Below are positions 28,928-39,664 of a DNA stretch of 64,000 nucleotides, piece by piece; positions within the stretch are counted from its first letter, which is position 1, and each line of letters starts with the position of its first letter. The notes below the pieces were generated by a model. That model saw nothing but the letters and a program-made list of their open reading frames with translations, was not told the DNA's origin and did no database searches. The translations under genes and the position numbers were made by a program. Origin of the DNA: an uncultured archaeon (lineage in GTDB: Archaea; Asgardarchaeota; Thorarchaeia; Thorarchaeales; Thorarchaeaceae); the NCBI GenBank assembly GCA_964558645.1, contig CAZLEV010000009.1:1-64000 (forward strand), read 5' to 3'.

Positions 28928-30214
28928 TCAGGTTGAATCAAACGGCTGTTCCTCAGCAGCCTCGACAACCTGCGCCTCGCGTAGAGCCCGCATCTGCCGC
29001 TCCTTGTTCTTGAAGAACCCATAGAACAGGATAACGGCAAGCAAATACAGGCCCGATACCAAGAGATATGGAAGCCTGTACATCTTCTGAGCCAATAGCC
29101 ACCCGCCAATATTAGCAGCTATCCCTCTTACAAGAGAGTCCCCAGCTCGTACTATTCCGTTAGCCGTCGAACGCTCTTCTTTGGCCAGTCCTTCCATGAA
29201 GAAAGCATGTGATACGGGTCCTGCCATATTCATCAAGACAGTCCGTGATACATAGGCAATCACTGCAAGGTAGAGATAGGGGGCCCAAGATATCATCAAG
29301 AGGAAGGGTATGGACAATGCCTGGGTCACAACGACCGTCTTCACCTTCCCAATCCTATCAGATAATGCAGGTGCCAAGAAATTGCCACTAGCCAGCACAA
29401 TAGTGTTGATGCCGAAGATGATCCCAATCAATTCGGGGCTGGCGCTAAACTCGTTCTTGAAGAATATGTTGAAGAACATAACAATCATCCCGGCCCCGAG
29501 ACCGACAGTTGTAACAGTGGCAGAATACTTCCCTATGAAATCCCAATTCTTCACATTATCCAGTCCGAAACCGATTGTTGAAGAGGTTGCTTTGTCGGGA
29601 GTCATTCGTGAAACGAGAAACACGGCCACTGCCATCGGTAACAGACTGATGTATAGCGTTATCCGGTAGGGTAAAACAAGGGTGTCTACAGCTCCTAGTG
29701 CCCGATGAATCAATCCGGGCAGAAACCCTCCGGCCAGATTGCCTATGAGAACTGACAGCAGAGAAAATCCTCCACTGATGCCAAAGAGATGAGCTCTTTC
29801 TTCATCGGTTGATAGATCCGTGATATACGGCGATAATGACACCTGTGTAAACGCACTGGCCAAACCTAACAATACTTGGGAGATGATGAGACCTATTGGA
29901 CTGAGGGTCGTGTACTGAGCAGCAATAGCGATTGCCGACACGACATTAGAGGAAACCACTATCTTCTTTCTGCTTGCTCTGTCAGTAAACAGTCCTGCAG
30001 GGATGGCAACCAACGCTGTCGCGAACATGGATATCGAGAGAAAGAATCCTAAGAAGTCCTCGCCGAAACCAGCCTCTACCATGTAGAGATTGAAGATCAC
30101 ATTTGAGATTCCAAATGAGAGAGAGCTTGTTGCGCTCACTGCGATGTAGAGACGCGCATCCCGCTTGAACAATCTCAAGCGGTCCAAGTATCCAAGCTTC
30201 GCTGACTCCGTCAA
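28928..30214 (-). CDS. MFS transporter
   Basis: ~12 TM helices, motif A (GLFTDRASRK; LSDRIGKVK). Confidence 0.92.
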   Translation of the reverse strand: MTESAKLGYLDRLRLFKRDARLYIAVSATSSLSFGISNVIFNLYMVEAGFGEDFLGFFLSISMFATALVAIPAGLFTDRASRKKIVVSSNVVSAIAIAAQYTTLSPIGLIISQVLLGLASAFTQVSLSPYITDLSTDEERAHLFGISGGFSLLSVLIGNLAGGFLPGLIHRALGAVDTLVLPYRITLYISLLPMAVAVFLVSRMTPDKATSSTIGFGLDNVKNWDFIGKYSATVTTVGLGAGMIVMFFNIFFKNEFSASPELIGIIFGINTIVLASGNFLAPALSDRIGKVKTVVVTQALSIPFLLMISWAPYLYLAVIAYVSRTVLMNMAGPVSHAFFMEGLAKEERSTANGIVRAGDSLVRGIAANIGGWLLAQKMYRLPYLLVSGLYLLAVILFYGFFKNKERQMRALREAQVVEAAEEQPFDST

Positions 30215-30326
30215 ATGTCCAATCTCCTGACTAGAGCTTGCATCTCACCGATGCGGTTGGCCTTTATGCCTTGCTGATTGCGCAGAGACCGCAACCTAAA
30301 TCATTCACCAAGCTCAATCAGACCTT

Positions 30327-31376
30327 ATGAAGAAGATTGAACTCCGAAGCGATACCTTCACGCTTCCTACAGATGAGATGATAGATGCCATAGCCACTGC
30401 ACATAGAGAGGGACGCCTTGGTGATGATGTGGCCGGAGAGGACGAAGTGGTCAACGAACTACAAGAGAAGACTGCGAAACTGCTTGGAAAGGAGGCCTCC
30501 CTGTTAGTGACCTCTGGCACCCAGGGCAATATTGCCTCCCTGGTGGCTCAAGCACAACGAGGGGACGAGATTGTGGTGGAAGAAAAATCGCATACATATC
30601 TCTTCGAGGCAGGTTCTATGGCTTCACTGGGAGGGCTCTTCCCGAAGCCCGTGAAAGGAGAGAGAGGATACATCACCCCGGACACGCTGGATTCTGCGGT
30701 TAGCCCAGACGACCCGCACTATGCAAGAACCTCCATGGTTGTCATCGAAAACACTCACAACTATGCAGGCGGCGTCGTTGTTGAACCTGAAAAAGTCGAT
30801 GCCCTTGCAGAAGTCGCACACGACCATGGAATGCTTATTCACTGTGATGGAGCCAGACTCTTCAATGCAGCTGTTGCACTAGACGTCCCTGCACATCGTC
30901 TTGTGAAGAATGTCGATAGCGTGCAGGTCTGCTTGAGCAAGGGGCTCTCTGCACCTGTGGGCTCCATGATAGCAGGCACCGAGGAGTTCATTCATGAAGC
31001 GCATCGCTGGAGGAAGAAACTAGGTGGAGGTATGCGCCAAGCGGGCATCATTGCTGCTCCCGGAATCGTGGCAATCGAGAAGATGATTGACAGGCTCAAA
31101 GAGGACCATGCAAACGCCCATGACTTCTACGAGAGGATCTCAAGAGTGTCAGGACTCGAGGTAGAGAAACCTGACACTAACATCTTGTTCATCGGCCTTG
31201 GTAGCTTCGAGATTGACGCGCAGAAGCTCTCAGAGGAGCTGGGATCCCATGGGATTCTGGTCTATGGAGGCTATGGAAAGAGAACTAGATTCGTGTTCAA
31301 TAGAATGGTTGATTCCGATGACGTGACCTATGCCGCTAGCATCCTCAAAGACATACTGGAGAAGCATAGGAAGTGA
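30327..31376 (+). CDS. ltaE: Low-specificity L-threonine aldolase
   Basis: ELRSDT, SGTQGN, ENTHN, HCDGARLFNA, CLSKGLSAPVGS, GGGMRQAG. Confidence 0.93.
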   Translation: MKKIELRSDTFTLPTDEMIDAIATAHREGRLGDDVAGEDEVVNELQEKTAKLLGKEASLLVTSGTQGNIASLVAQAQRGDEIVVEEKSHTYLFEAGSMASLGGLFPKPVKGERGYITPDTLDSAVSPDDPHYARTSMVVIENTHNYAGGVVVEPEKVDALAEVAHDHGMLIHCDGARLFNAAVALDVPAHRLVKNVDSVQVCLSKGLSAPVGSMIAGTEEFIHEAHRWRKKLGGGMRQAGIIAAPGIVAIEKMIDRLKEDHANAHDFYERISRVSGLEVEKPDTNILFIGLGSFEIDAQKLSEELGSHGILVYGGYGKRTRFVFNRMVDSDDVTYAASILKDILEKHRK

Positions 31377-31416
31377 CCTTTGAGTAGAGGTGAAAAGATA
31401 CTCCTCTTCGATTGAA

Positions 31417-31680
31417 CTAGCATTTTGACCTGCAGTCAGCCAAGAGATGCTTGATGTGGTCCGACCAGCGCGGCTGGAGCTTCAACGCACGCTCGGCACA
31501 GCAGATAGCATCTTCATACTGCTCCAGTTTGTAATGGAGCTGTGCCTTGTAGTACCAAGCATGTGCATAGTCTTCGCGGGCATCAATCGCCTTCTGGTAG
31601 GAGGACACCGCCTCTTCCAGACGGCCATTCTTCTCATGACTCTTAGCATCCCTGTAATGGTCAAAATGCGTCTTAGGCAT
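31417..31680 (-). CDS. Small TPR protein
   Basis: EEAVSSYQKAI...AWYYKAQLHYKLEQYEDAICCAERALKLQP. Confidence 0.85.
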   Translation of the reverse strand: MPKTHFDHYRDAKSHEKNGRLEEAVSSYQKAIDAREDYAHAWYYKAQLHYKLEQYEDAICCAERALKLQPRWSDHIKHLLADCRSKC

Positions 31681-31775
31681 CTCATCATACACGGTGGGAT
31701 CCTCCACACGTAGTATAGATGGATAATTATTCAAATAAGGCTGCTGGGAGATTGACCATCGCCAAGATTTTAGAA

Positions 31776-32186
31776 CTAATCACCGTGAAACTCACAGAGT
31801 TCCAAAAGGACCCCTGACGTGGACTTCGGATGAATAAACGCAATCTTCATTCCATGCGCACCAGTCCGAGCCTTCTCATCTATCAGTCGTGCTCCGTTCT
31901 CTGCATGCTCGGCCAGACTCTCCTCTACTGAATCCACTCTCACTGCGACATGATGGACACCGGAGCCTCTCTTCTCAAGGAACTTGCTTATCGGACTGTC
32001 ATCCGCAGTTGGTTCCAGTAGCTCGATTCGACTCTCTCCGATATCAAGGAAGGCGACCCTGACCTTCTGTTCTGGAACATCTTCGGTGCCGGCATATGCT
32101 AGGCCTAGAGTGTCACGGTAGTAAGAAAGTGCCTCCTCGATGGACTCTACGGCGATACCAATATGATCAATCTTGTCTACAGTCAT
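31776..32186 (-). CDS. mce: Methylmalonyl-CoA epimerase
   Basis: IDHIGIAV, IELLEP, GVHHVA, FIHPKSTSGVLLEL. Lies in the mutase operon. Confidence 0.95.
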   Translation of the reverse strand: MTVDKIDHIGIAVESIEEALSYYRDTLGLAYAGTEDVPEQKVRVAFLDIGESRIELLEPTADDSPISKFLEKRGSGVHHVAVRVDSVEESLAEHAENGARLIDEKARTGAHGMKIAFIHPKSTSGVLLELCEFHGD

Positions 32187-32198
32187 CTCTCTTCACCT

Positions 32199-33869
32199 CT
32201 AGAGTATGTCAGGAGCCTCATACTCGCCAAAAACCTCACGCAGAACTGCGCATATCTCTCCAAGAGTTGCATACGTCCTCACTGCATCTATGATGTACGG
32301 CATCAAATTGTCAGCTCCCTTTGCAGCTCGTCTGAGATTCTCAAGAGAAGCGGTTACATCCTGAGCATCTCGAGAGATTCTTACCTGCTCCAAAGATGCT
32401 ATCTGCGACTGCTCAGCCTCGGGATCAACCCGCATGAGCTCGAATCGTTCATTCTCCTCAACGGTAAACTCATTGACACCAACGACGACCCGTCTTCCCT
32501 CATCAACTTGTTTCTGGTATAGATAGGCACTATCACTGATCTCCCTCTGTATGAACCCCCTCTCGATTGCGGCAGGGGCTCCGCCCATCTCGTCGATACG
32601 CTCGATGTATTCGGTGGCTCGTTTCTCGATCTCATCCGTGAGATACTCAATGAAGTAAGAACCAGCCAGAGGGTCAACAGTGTCGCCAACGCTGCTCTCA
32701 TGTGCAATGATCTGCTGCGTTCGTAGGGCAATTCTCACTGAGTCCACGGTGGGAAGGGACAGAGCTTCATCTCGTGAATTAGTGTGAAGAGATTGAGTAC
32801 CTCCCAATACTGCCTGTAGCGCCTGCAACGTGACACGAACCACATTGTTGTCCGGTTGTTGTGCAGTCAGAGTACAACCGGCCGTCTGAGTATGAAATCG
32901 CATCCTGCAGGAGTCCTCATCTTTGGCACCGAATCGATTGCGCATAGTCTTCGCCCAGAGGCGTCGGGCAGCCCTGAATTTCGCAATCTCCTCAAAGAAG
33001 TCGCTATGAGAACCAAAGAAGAAAGACAGTCGCGATGCAAAGTCATCAATGTCCAACCCGGCCTCCACAGCAGCCTCCACGTAGGCAATCCCGTCTGCTA
33101 TTGTGAAAGCTACCTCCTGAACTGCGGAAGAGCCGGCCTCCCGGATGTGATAGCCCGAGATTGATATGGTGTTCCAACGAGGCATCTCGGAACTGCAGAA
33201 CTTGAACACATCAGTTATCAGTCGCATCGAGGGAGCAGGCGGAAAGATGTAAGTCCCCCGAGCGATATACTCCTTGAGGATATCGTTCTGAATCGTACCA
33301 CGGAGTTTGTCCACAGGAACCCCCTGTTTCTCAGCCACGACAATATACATTGCGAGCAGGATCGACGCAGGAGCGTTAATTGTCATGGACGTGCTCACTT
33401 GATCCAATGGAATCGCATCGAACAAGACCTCCATGTCGGCAAGTGAGTCGATTGCGACACCTACTTTTCCCACTTCGCCCTGTGAGAGAGGATGGTCAGA
33501 GTCGTAGCCTATCTGAGTAGGCAGGTCGAATGCGACTGATAGCCCAGTCTGACCCTGTTCCAGCAAAAAATGGAATCGTTCGTTTGTTTCCTTCGCGGTG
33601 GCAAAGCCGCTATACTGCCGCATAGTCCAGAATCTCCCACGGTACATGGTAGGCTGAACACCGCGAGTGAATGGGTAAATCCCCGGAAATCCTAGCTCCG
33701 CGAGATAATCCAGGTTCTTGGTATCAAGTGGAGTGTAGAGACGCTTAACGGGTATTCCGGATAATGTCTTGAATGAACCCTCGCGTTCTGGATAACGTCT
33801 TATAGTATCTGATACGAGGCCATCTTCCCAGCTCTCTAGAGCATCCGCGAGCTCTTTCTCTCGAGTCAT
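32199..33869 (-). CDS. Methylmalonyl-CoA mutase, substrate-binding (large) subunit
   Basis: WTMRQYSGF (Tyr), KEYIARGTY (Arg), [21 protein letters not shown]. Confidence 0.93.
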   Translation of the reverse strand: MTREKELADALESWEDGLVSDTIRRYPEREGSFKTLSGIPVKRLYTPLDTKNLDYLAELGFPGIYPFTRGVQPTMYRGRFWTMRQYSGFATAKETNERFHFLLEQGQTGLSVAFDLPTQIGYDSDHPLSQGEVGKVGVAIDSLADMEVLFDAIPLDQVSTSMTINAPASILLAMYIVVAEKQGVPVDKLRGTIQNDILKEYIARGTYIFPPAPSMRLITDVFKFCSSEMPRWNTISISGYHIREAGSSAVQEVAFTIADGIAYVEAAVEAGLDIDDFASRLSFFFGSHSDFFEEIAKFRAARRLWAKTMRNRFGAKDEDSCRMRFHTQTAGCTLTAQQPDNNVVRVTLQALQAVLGGTQSLHTNSRDEALSLPTVDSVRIALRTQQIIAHESSVGDTVDPLAGSYFIEYLTDEIEKRATEYIERIDEMGGAPAAIERGFIQREISDSAYLYQKQVDEGRRVVVGVNEFTVEENERFELMRVDPEAEQSQIASLEQVRISRDAQDVTASLENLRRAAKGADNLMPYIIDAVRTYATLGEICAVLREVFGEYEAPDIL

Positions 33870-33880
33870 ACCTCATTCAC

Positions 33881-34852
33881 CTATTCTCTGTAGCTTGCCA
33901 GAAATTCAGCAATCATACGCTGCGCAACAGAATACGGGTCATCTGAACGACAGGCAATCTTCTCGATTGCTGCAGCATATTCAGGGCTATCCTGAAACTT
34001 AGCAAGCAGTTTACGCGTGAGACGATACCGCATTATATCCTCAAGCTCATCCCTGCTTCGTTTCAGTTCACTCTCTTCAAAGGCCCCGCTGGCTTTCAAA
34101 TAGTCCATATGGGCCGCAATCTTGTCTACGAGTTCTGCAATCCCCTCACTCTTACGAGCGTTTGTTGTGACCACAGGAGGCCGCCACTCACCCATGTTCT
34201 GATCTAAATCCAGCATTGCATTGATCTCCGTCACCTTCTTATCGGCTCCCGGCAGGTCACACTTGTTCACGACGAATACATCACCAATCTCCATGATGCC
34301 CGCCTTGATTGCCTGTATATCATCTCCACTTCCAGGAACGTCTGTGACAACTACTGTATGTGCGATATCTACTACTTCAACCTCTGATTGTCCTGCCCCA
34401 ACAGTTTCCACTATGACTATATCCTTCCCAGATGCATCAAGAATACGTACAGCGTCGGAGGTTGCTCTTGCAATGCCACCGAGATGTCCTCTGGTACCCA
34501 TGCTGCGCATGTATACTCCATCGTCAAGACTGTGCTCCTGCATTCTGATTCTATCTCCCAACAGAGCACCTCCCGAGAATGGACTAGAGGGGTCGACACA
34601 GATGATTCCGACTGTCTTTTCCCGTGACCTATAGACTGTGGTCATCCTCGTCACTAAGGTACTCTTGCCAGAACCAGGAGGGCCGGTTACACCAACAATA
34701 TGGGCGTTACCGGTATAGCGATACAGCTCACATAGAGCAAGATCAGCCTCCGGGTGCTCATCCTCAATGAGAGAAATCATCTTCGCCAGAGCGCGCCTCT
34801 CTCCAGCGAGGACGCCCTTGACCAAGTCACGAACAGGCAAGTAACATTCCAC
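33881..34852 (-). CDS. meaB: Mutase-associated GTPase metallochaperone MeaB
   Basis: GVTGPPGSGKST, VDPSSPFSGGALLGDRIRM, ETVGAGQSE, NKCD. Confidence 0.95.
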   Translation of the reverse strand: MECYLPVRDLVKGVLAGERRALAKMISLIEDEHPEADLALCELYRYTGNAHIVGVTGPPGSGKSTLVTRMTTVYRSREKTVGIICVDPSSPFSGGALLGDRIRMQEHSLDDGVYMRSMGTRGHLGGIARATSDAVRILDASGKDIVIVETVGAGQSEVEVVDIAHTVVVTDVPGSGDDIQAIKAGIMEIGDVFVVNKCDLPGADKKVTEINAMLDLDQNMGEWRPPVVTTNARKSEGIAELVDKIAAHMDYLKASGAFEESELKRSRDELEDIMRYRLTRKLLAKFQDSPEYAAAIEKIACRSDDPYSVAQRMIAEFLASYRE

Positions 34853-34864
34853 TCCAAGCTGCCA

Positions 34865-35263
34865 TCATTTGACATTCTTCTTGACATACTCGACAATATC
34901 ATCAAGCGGAGTGCCAGGGCCAAAGACCTCGGCAATACCCACCTTCTTTAATTCACGAACATCATCTTGAGGGATGATTCCCCCGGCAATGACAAGCACA
35001 TCATCAGCGCCCTCTTCTCTGAGCAGTTCCATGATCCTTGGAAACAGAGCCATGTGGGCACCACTCAGAATGCTCAGTCCTACAACATCAACTGATTCGT
35101 CAACCGCAGCACGAGCAATCATCTCAGGAGTCTGACGTAGGCCCGTGTATATGACTTCCATTCCAGCATCTCGAAACGCTCTTGCGACGACTTTCGCACC
35201 CCGATCGTGACCATCGAGGCCAGGCTTTGCTACAAGAACTCTAATCTTTTTGGATGAACTCAA
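34865..35263 (-). CDS. Cobalamin-binding small subunit of acyl-CoA mutase
   Basis: [10 protein letters not shown] (DxHxxG), [14 protein letters not shown]. Confidence 0.95.
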   Translation of the reverse strand: MSSSKKIRVLVAKPGLDGHDRGAKVVARAFRDAGMEVIYTGLRQTPEMIARAAVDESVDVVGLSILSGAHMALFPRIMELLREEGADDVLVIAGGIIPQDDVRELKKVGIAEVFGPGTPLDDIVEYVKKNVK

Positions 35264-35369
35264 GTGTACACCTCTGTACGGTGTTTACTTCGCTGACAAA
35301 CCGAGTCCAGATATAAAGACTTTCGATGGAATCGACGTTGACATACATTGAGGACCTTCTCTCAATCAA

Positions 35370-36392
35370 TCACTCCTCAATGATGTGAACAATGTTTTCT
35401 CTTCCCTCTCTGAAGCGCTTCACCAGACCTCTTTCTTCAAGATTGCTGAGAACAAGACTCACCTTTGCCTGGGACATTCCTGACACCATATAGAGATCCT
35501 TCTGTGGGCAGGAACCACCTTTCCCTCGGATTATGTCAAGCATCTCTTCTTCATCATCGGTGATGCCAACAACCTTCACAGAACCTATGTTGCGCACTCG
35601 ATTCAGTACATACGGCCCATATCTCACAACTAAGACACCGAAGACAAAGGAACTCACAGCCAGAGCGATGAAATGAATCAGGGGGAACGATGCCTCAGTT
35701 ACAACTGACAAGGGCACCTCATATTTTACAATGAAGACACTCTCTTGTCCGGGTTGTAGTTCGTCTAAATCCCAGATGAAGGCGATTGAATGACCATCAG
35801 TGTAGTTCGATTGAGACTCTGGAAAGATTGGAGCAATCGACTCCTGAGAGAGGGATGCATGAGGAGGCAGCGCCAACTGGAAGGTGAAATTGTAGAAGGC
35901 TACAGAGGGACGCACATAGTAGATGAAACTGCCTTGCATGGCATCTCCTGGAAATGGAGGTGTTGTCTGCGAGATGATGTCACCACAGACCAGTTCAATA
36001 TGGAGACTGATAGATTCACCAACATCAAGCTGGCGTTCCAACTGGATTTCAACTAGGCTGTAGCGATTCAGCTTCTGAAGCGCTGCATCTGCAAGCGACT
36101 CGTTGAGAGTAACGAGAAGAAGTGAGGCATCCAGAGACTCGACTCTGAAAGAAAGCATCGCATCTGCTCCTGGTTCAGCGGATCTGATGGTAGCATCAAC
36201 ACTCAGACGTGTCGAACCGTTTACAGAAGTTGACGCGCGGATAGTGACAGGATCTAGGAATACTGCACTGGATTGTGCTGGAGTAAAGCCCTCTACCCGG
36301 CTCATGGTGACCAAAGATATCACGAAGACACCACAAAGAGCTATGATGGGTAGATGATGCCATTTCATTGTTGACCACCAAGGGGACTTCAT
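35370..36392 (-). CDS. Membrane protein with extracellular domain, TM and cytoplasmic C-terminal wHTH
   Basis: Signal/TM at the N-terminus, second TM, then DEEEMLDII...QKDL...SQAKVSLVLSNLEERGLVKRFREGRENIV. Confidence 0.85.
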   Translation of the reverse strand: MKSPWWSTMKWHHLPIIALCGVFVISLVTMSRVEGFTPAQSSAVFLDPVTIRASTSVNGSTRLSVDATIRSAEPGADAMLSFRVESLDASLLLVTLNESLADAALQKLNRYSLVEIQLERQLDVGESISLHIELVCGDIISQTTPPFPGDAMQGSFIYYVRPSVAFYNFTFQLALPPHASLSQESIAPIFPESQSNYTDGHSIAFIWDLDELQPGQESVFIVKYEVPLSVVTEASFPLIHFIALAVSSFVFGVLVVRYGPYVLNRVRNIGSVKVVGITDDEEEMLDIIRGKGGSCPQKDLYMVSGMSQAKVSLVLSNLEERGLVKRFREGRENIVHIIEE

Positions 36393-36474
36393 TCAGATTT
36401 ATCACGCCGCGGTTTAGAATCATTCGGAATTGCCAATAAAAGGGATAGCGGCATTAGTATGCCGCCTGATGACT

Positions 36475-37647
36475 CTATCGTTTCTTGATTACTGCCGCTA
36501 GAGCAATCAAGACAACGACGATGCCAATACCTGCCACAAACACGAGTTCTGTTGAGAGGACGCCGCTGGGAGCTTGATCTGCGTAGAGACCAATCGAGGG
36601 GTCGTGGACTATCGAGCCTCCATTGAAATTAGGATAGCAAAGATAGAGTGCTAGACCCTTTCCTGTCGGGAGATACGAGGCAGTAACATTCACAACCTCT
36701 TCTGCTGCTCCAGGGAGTGTCATGACGGCTTTATCGAGCCAGGAATAGAACCCTAAGGCCGCATCATCAACCGCGTCAACAAATTGGATTGTCTGTGTGT
36801 CAGTACCGACTCGGTTCTCAAATCGGCTCTCGTTTCCTGCGGCTGCACCCCAGTCTACTGATGAGTCTCCAGTGAAGTTGCCTTGATGTTCCCTCACACG
36901 GTAACGGTGTCGTTCACGATGCTGTTGCTGAGCGGCTTGGTCTTCTCTGAGTACAGACTGCAGCGCAACCTGTGAGGTTTCAGTGCTGAACGGGAAATTG
37001 CCAATCTCAATGTCAATCTTGAGTTCTGTACCTCCAGCAACGAGGTAAGAGGCACGAACCCCTTGCTCGTCCGAGATCTCTCCGCTGTAGTCTTCGAGGT
37101 AGATGTGCGCCCAGAACTGGAGAGTGACATCCTCGAATCGATCGACTGAACCTCCACCGGGCATCCCAGGAGGATCAATGGGGGGCATCATGCCACCACT
37201 CTTCGACCCACCCTTGGTGTACTTGAGCCAGACCTCGGTCACCGTGCCGTTCTCATCCGTAACGGAACCAGTCTGGATGGTCCATTCATAGGCCGCCAAA
37301 GGAGCGAAGTATAGGGACTCATTCGACTGAAATGCTCTGTCACCATTCGAATCCTCGAATTCGACCAGCATCAGATAGGAAACTGAGAACTTAGCTAAAC
37401 TCCCGTTTCCATCTGCCGTATACCAGAAATGAAACATCGGTAACTCACCATTTGCCATGATAGTTATGATTTCGGTGCTCAGGAAGACATTTCCAGCCGC
37501 ATCCCTCCTCTGGTCAGGAGGCCCATAACGAGGATGTGTCGGCGGGCCATCACCCTGAGCGCTGGCAACTGAAATGGCTGGCTGAACCAGTACGACCGCC
37601 AGAAGTATTCCAAACATGGTTTTCCAATGCTGCTTCAAATTGTTCAC
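36475..37647 (-). CDS. Secreted/cell-surface protein with C-terminal TM anchor
   Basis: Signal peptide, beta-rich body, SIVHDPSIG, TM + KKR. Confidence 0.85.
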   Translation of the reverse strand: MNNLKQHWKTMFGILLAVVLVQPAISVASAQGDGPPTHPRYGPPDQRRDAAGNVFLSTEIITIMANGELPMFHFWYTADGNGSLAKFSVSYLMLVEFEDSNGDRAFQSNESLYFAPLAAYEWTIQTGSVTDENGTVTEVWLKYTKGGSKSGGMMPPIDPPGMPGGGSVDRFEDVTLQFWAHIYLEDYSGEISDEQGVRASYLVAGGTELKIDIEIGNFPFSTETSQVALQSVLREDQAAQQQHRERHRYRVREHQGNFTGDSSVDWGAAAGNESRFENRVGTDTQTIQFVDAVDDAALGFYSWLDKAVMTLPGAAEEVVNVTASYLPTGKGLALYLCYPNFNGGSIVHDPSIGLYADQAPSGVLSTELVFVAGIGIVVVLIALAAVIKKR

Positions 37648-37879
37648 CTGAAGTTACTGGTCTCCCAACTGTATATAATGAATATTAAACGTCATAGGTT
37701 TTCTAGAGAATGATAACCGGGCCATAGTGCCTCTACTGTCAGTTAAGGCTTTATGAATCCTTCAAACATTCGGTTCGGGATGGGAACAAATCGTTGGAGG
37801 TAGAAGCCATGACTCGATGCAATCCTTGCTATAGTGTTATTAGGCCTTTTTCGCTAACTCCTAAACGGAGAAAAGAGAA

Positions 37880-38140
37880 ATGGCAGCAGAACCTGACCAG
37901 ATGACTGAATATGACTGGTTTGGCGAGGCGCGATCATGTGAAACCAGAGGCGACCTCGAAGAGGCCATCGAGGCATATGAGAAGGCCATCGATATTAATC
38001 CGGAGTTTGCTAAGGCATGGTACTACAAGGCGAAACTGCATCTCAGGCTCGGTCAGAAGGACAAGGCCATAGAATCTGCAAAGAAGGCCTTGGAATTGAA
38101 ACCCTCTTGGGAGAAGTTCGTGAAAGACATAATTGGCTGA
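37880..38140 (+). CDS. Small TPR protein
   Basis: EEAIEAYEKAIDINPEFAKAWYYKAKLHLRLGQKDKAIESAKKALELKP. Confidence 0.9.
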   Translation: MAAEPDQMTEYDWFGEARSCETRGDLEEAIEAYEKAIDINPEFAKAWYYKAKLHLRLGQKDKAIESAKKALELKPSWEKFVKDIIG

Positions 38141-38142
38141 GT

Positions 38143-38592
38143 TCATTTGAGAGCATCAGATGCATCGGGGTAGAGAAGAACGAAGACAGCCTGATCTAGT
38201 TTTAGTATACCTCTATCAACCCAGGCCATAACCATCTCTACATTCTCTTCCGAAGAGATTCTCTCCAAAGCTGTAAGGGCGGATTTCTTCGTCAAATCAT
38301 CTTTCAGCAAGTGTTCGATGGTCTGAACAAGAATCATTCTCCTTGCGTCTGGGCTCGTTTCGGTGAGCCAGTAGAGCAATTCATCCATTGTCCTCTTGTC
38401 AACTTCGGTGTTTTGTGCGGCCCCTTCAACAGCATCAGAAATCTGAGACCTCGTGTCGCCATCTCTGATGTCTTTCAGCTCACTTTCGATGATGGCCACC
38501 AGTGCATCAGTGTTCTCGGGATCGCTCTTCAAGATATCAACAAGTGCGGATCGCGCCTTCAGGGGTCCAGTTGTGTCTTCTCGGCCGCTCAA
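38143..38592 (-). CDS. Hypothetical helical protein
   Basis: 149-aa ORF with protein-like composition. Confidence 0.7.
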   Translation of the reverse strand: MSGREDTTGPLKARSALVDILKSDPENTDALVAIIESELKDIRDGDTRSQISDAVEGAAQNTEVDKRTMDELLYWLTETSPDARRMILVQTIEHLLKDDLTKKSALTALERISSEENVEMVMAWVDRGILKLDQAVFVLLYPDASDALK

Positions 38593-38899
38593 TGAAATCT
38601 GACTCCAGTATGGTTTTCGAGCTGCTAGTCAAGAACTTGCAGCGTGTGCTAAAATATGTGTCTGGTACAGAGTGGGTCACAGGACACTGCTATCTGGGTT
38701 GGCAAGAAGCATAACCAAGACGGAAACTACTAACAATGCCCATTCTCATTGCATTCGGTGTAGGATCGACTGGGTCATTAACTCTTGATTCTTGTTGTTT
38801 CGTCCAAGGGACGGGTTGAGTAGAGGCCACCTGTTTCCGATTGCCCTCCAACTTCATTAACCCGGTGAATTCCTTGCCCAACAATGCGGAGGTATGTTG

Positions 38900-39658
38900 C
38901 TAGCGAAGCAGGGAGGTCAAATGCTCAATAGATTGGGCTATGAGAAGAGGCTGTGACTTCCTCCCGTGTTCTTTCATCAGCTCTTCCAGGGAGTGCCCGC
39001 GCGCGTTGACCCAGATGGCATCGATCCCCAGGTTTGTGGCGCCAACAACATCAGCATAGTACTCATCGCCCACATAGAGAGTGGTTGCTGGTTCTGAGTT
39101 CAGTTCCCGCATGGCATATCTGAACGGCTCTGCTGACGGCTTGTATGCCTTGACCACAGACCCGTCCACGAAAGACTGAAAGAGGTCAGCAATGCCTGCT
39201 CGGTCCAGAATTGGTCGAATATGGTTCACGAAAGCATTCGTGATCACACCCATCTGCAACGCCCCTTCTTGAAGCAGGTTAACCAGGTCTATCACACCCG
39301 ATTGAAGTTCAGAGAGCTCTAGGTGGTATTTGCTGAAGAGATCCGCAGTTTTCTTCGGCAGCTCTTCGTCGAAAGAGATTCCGATGTCATGGAGAGATCT
39401 TGATAGAGCATCACGCACAACTTCAATGGGGTACTTGTAGGGGGCACCGCCCGCAATCTCCCGGATCTGCCCGAAGTAATGTTCGAGCAAATACGGAACG
39501 TATTCATCGAAGCGCACTTCAGCCTCTTGACCGATCTGTCTTAGCAGCCAGCGGCTTGCTGTCAGCGGGTAATGCTTGGTGTCAGTCAAGGTGTTGTCTA
39601 AGTCGAAGACTACGGCCTCGTAGTTCGCTAAGGATACCGGCGCCACCTGAAGACGCAT
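38900..39658 (-). CDS. HAD-superfamily hydrolase
   Basis: VFDLDNTL, ITN, KP, YVGDEYYADVVGA. Confidence 0.92.
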   Translation of the reverse strand: MRLQVAPVSLANYEAVVFDLDNTLTDTKHYPLTASRWLLRQIGQEAEVRFDEYVPYLLEHYFGQIREIAGGAPYKYPIEVVRDALSRSLHDIGISFDEELPKKTADLFSKYHLELSELQSGVIDLVNLLQEGALQMGVITNAFVNHIRPILDRAGIADLFQSFVDGSVVKAYKPSAEPFRYAMRELNSEPATTLYVGDEYYADVVGATNLGIDAIWVNARGHSLEELMKEHGRKSQPLLIAQSIEHLTSLLR

Positions 39659-39664
39659 CTCCGC

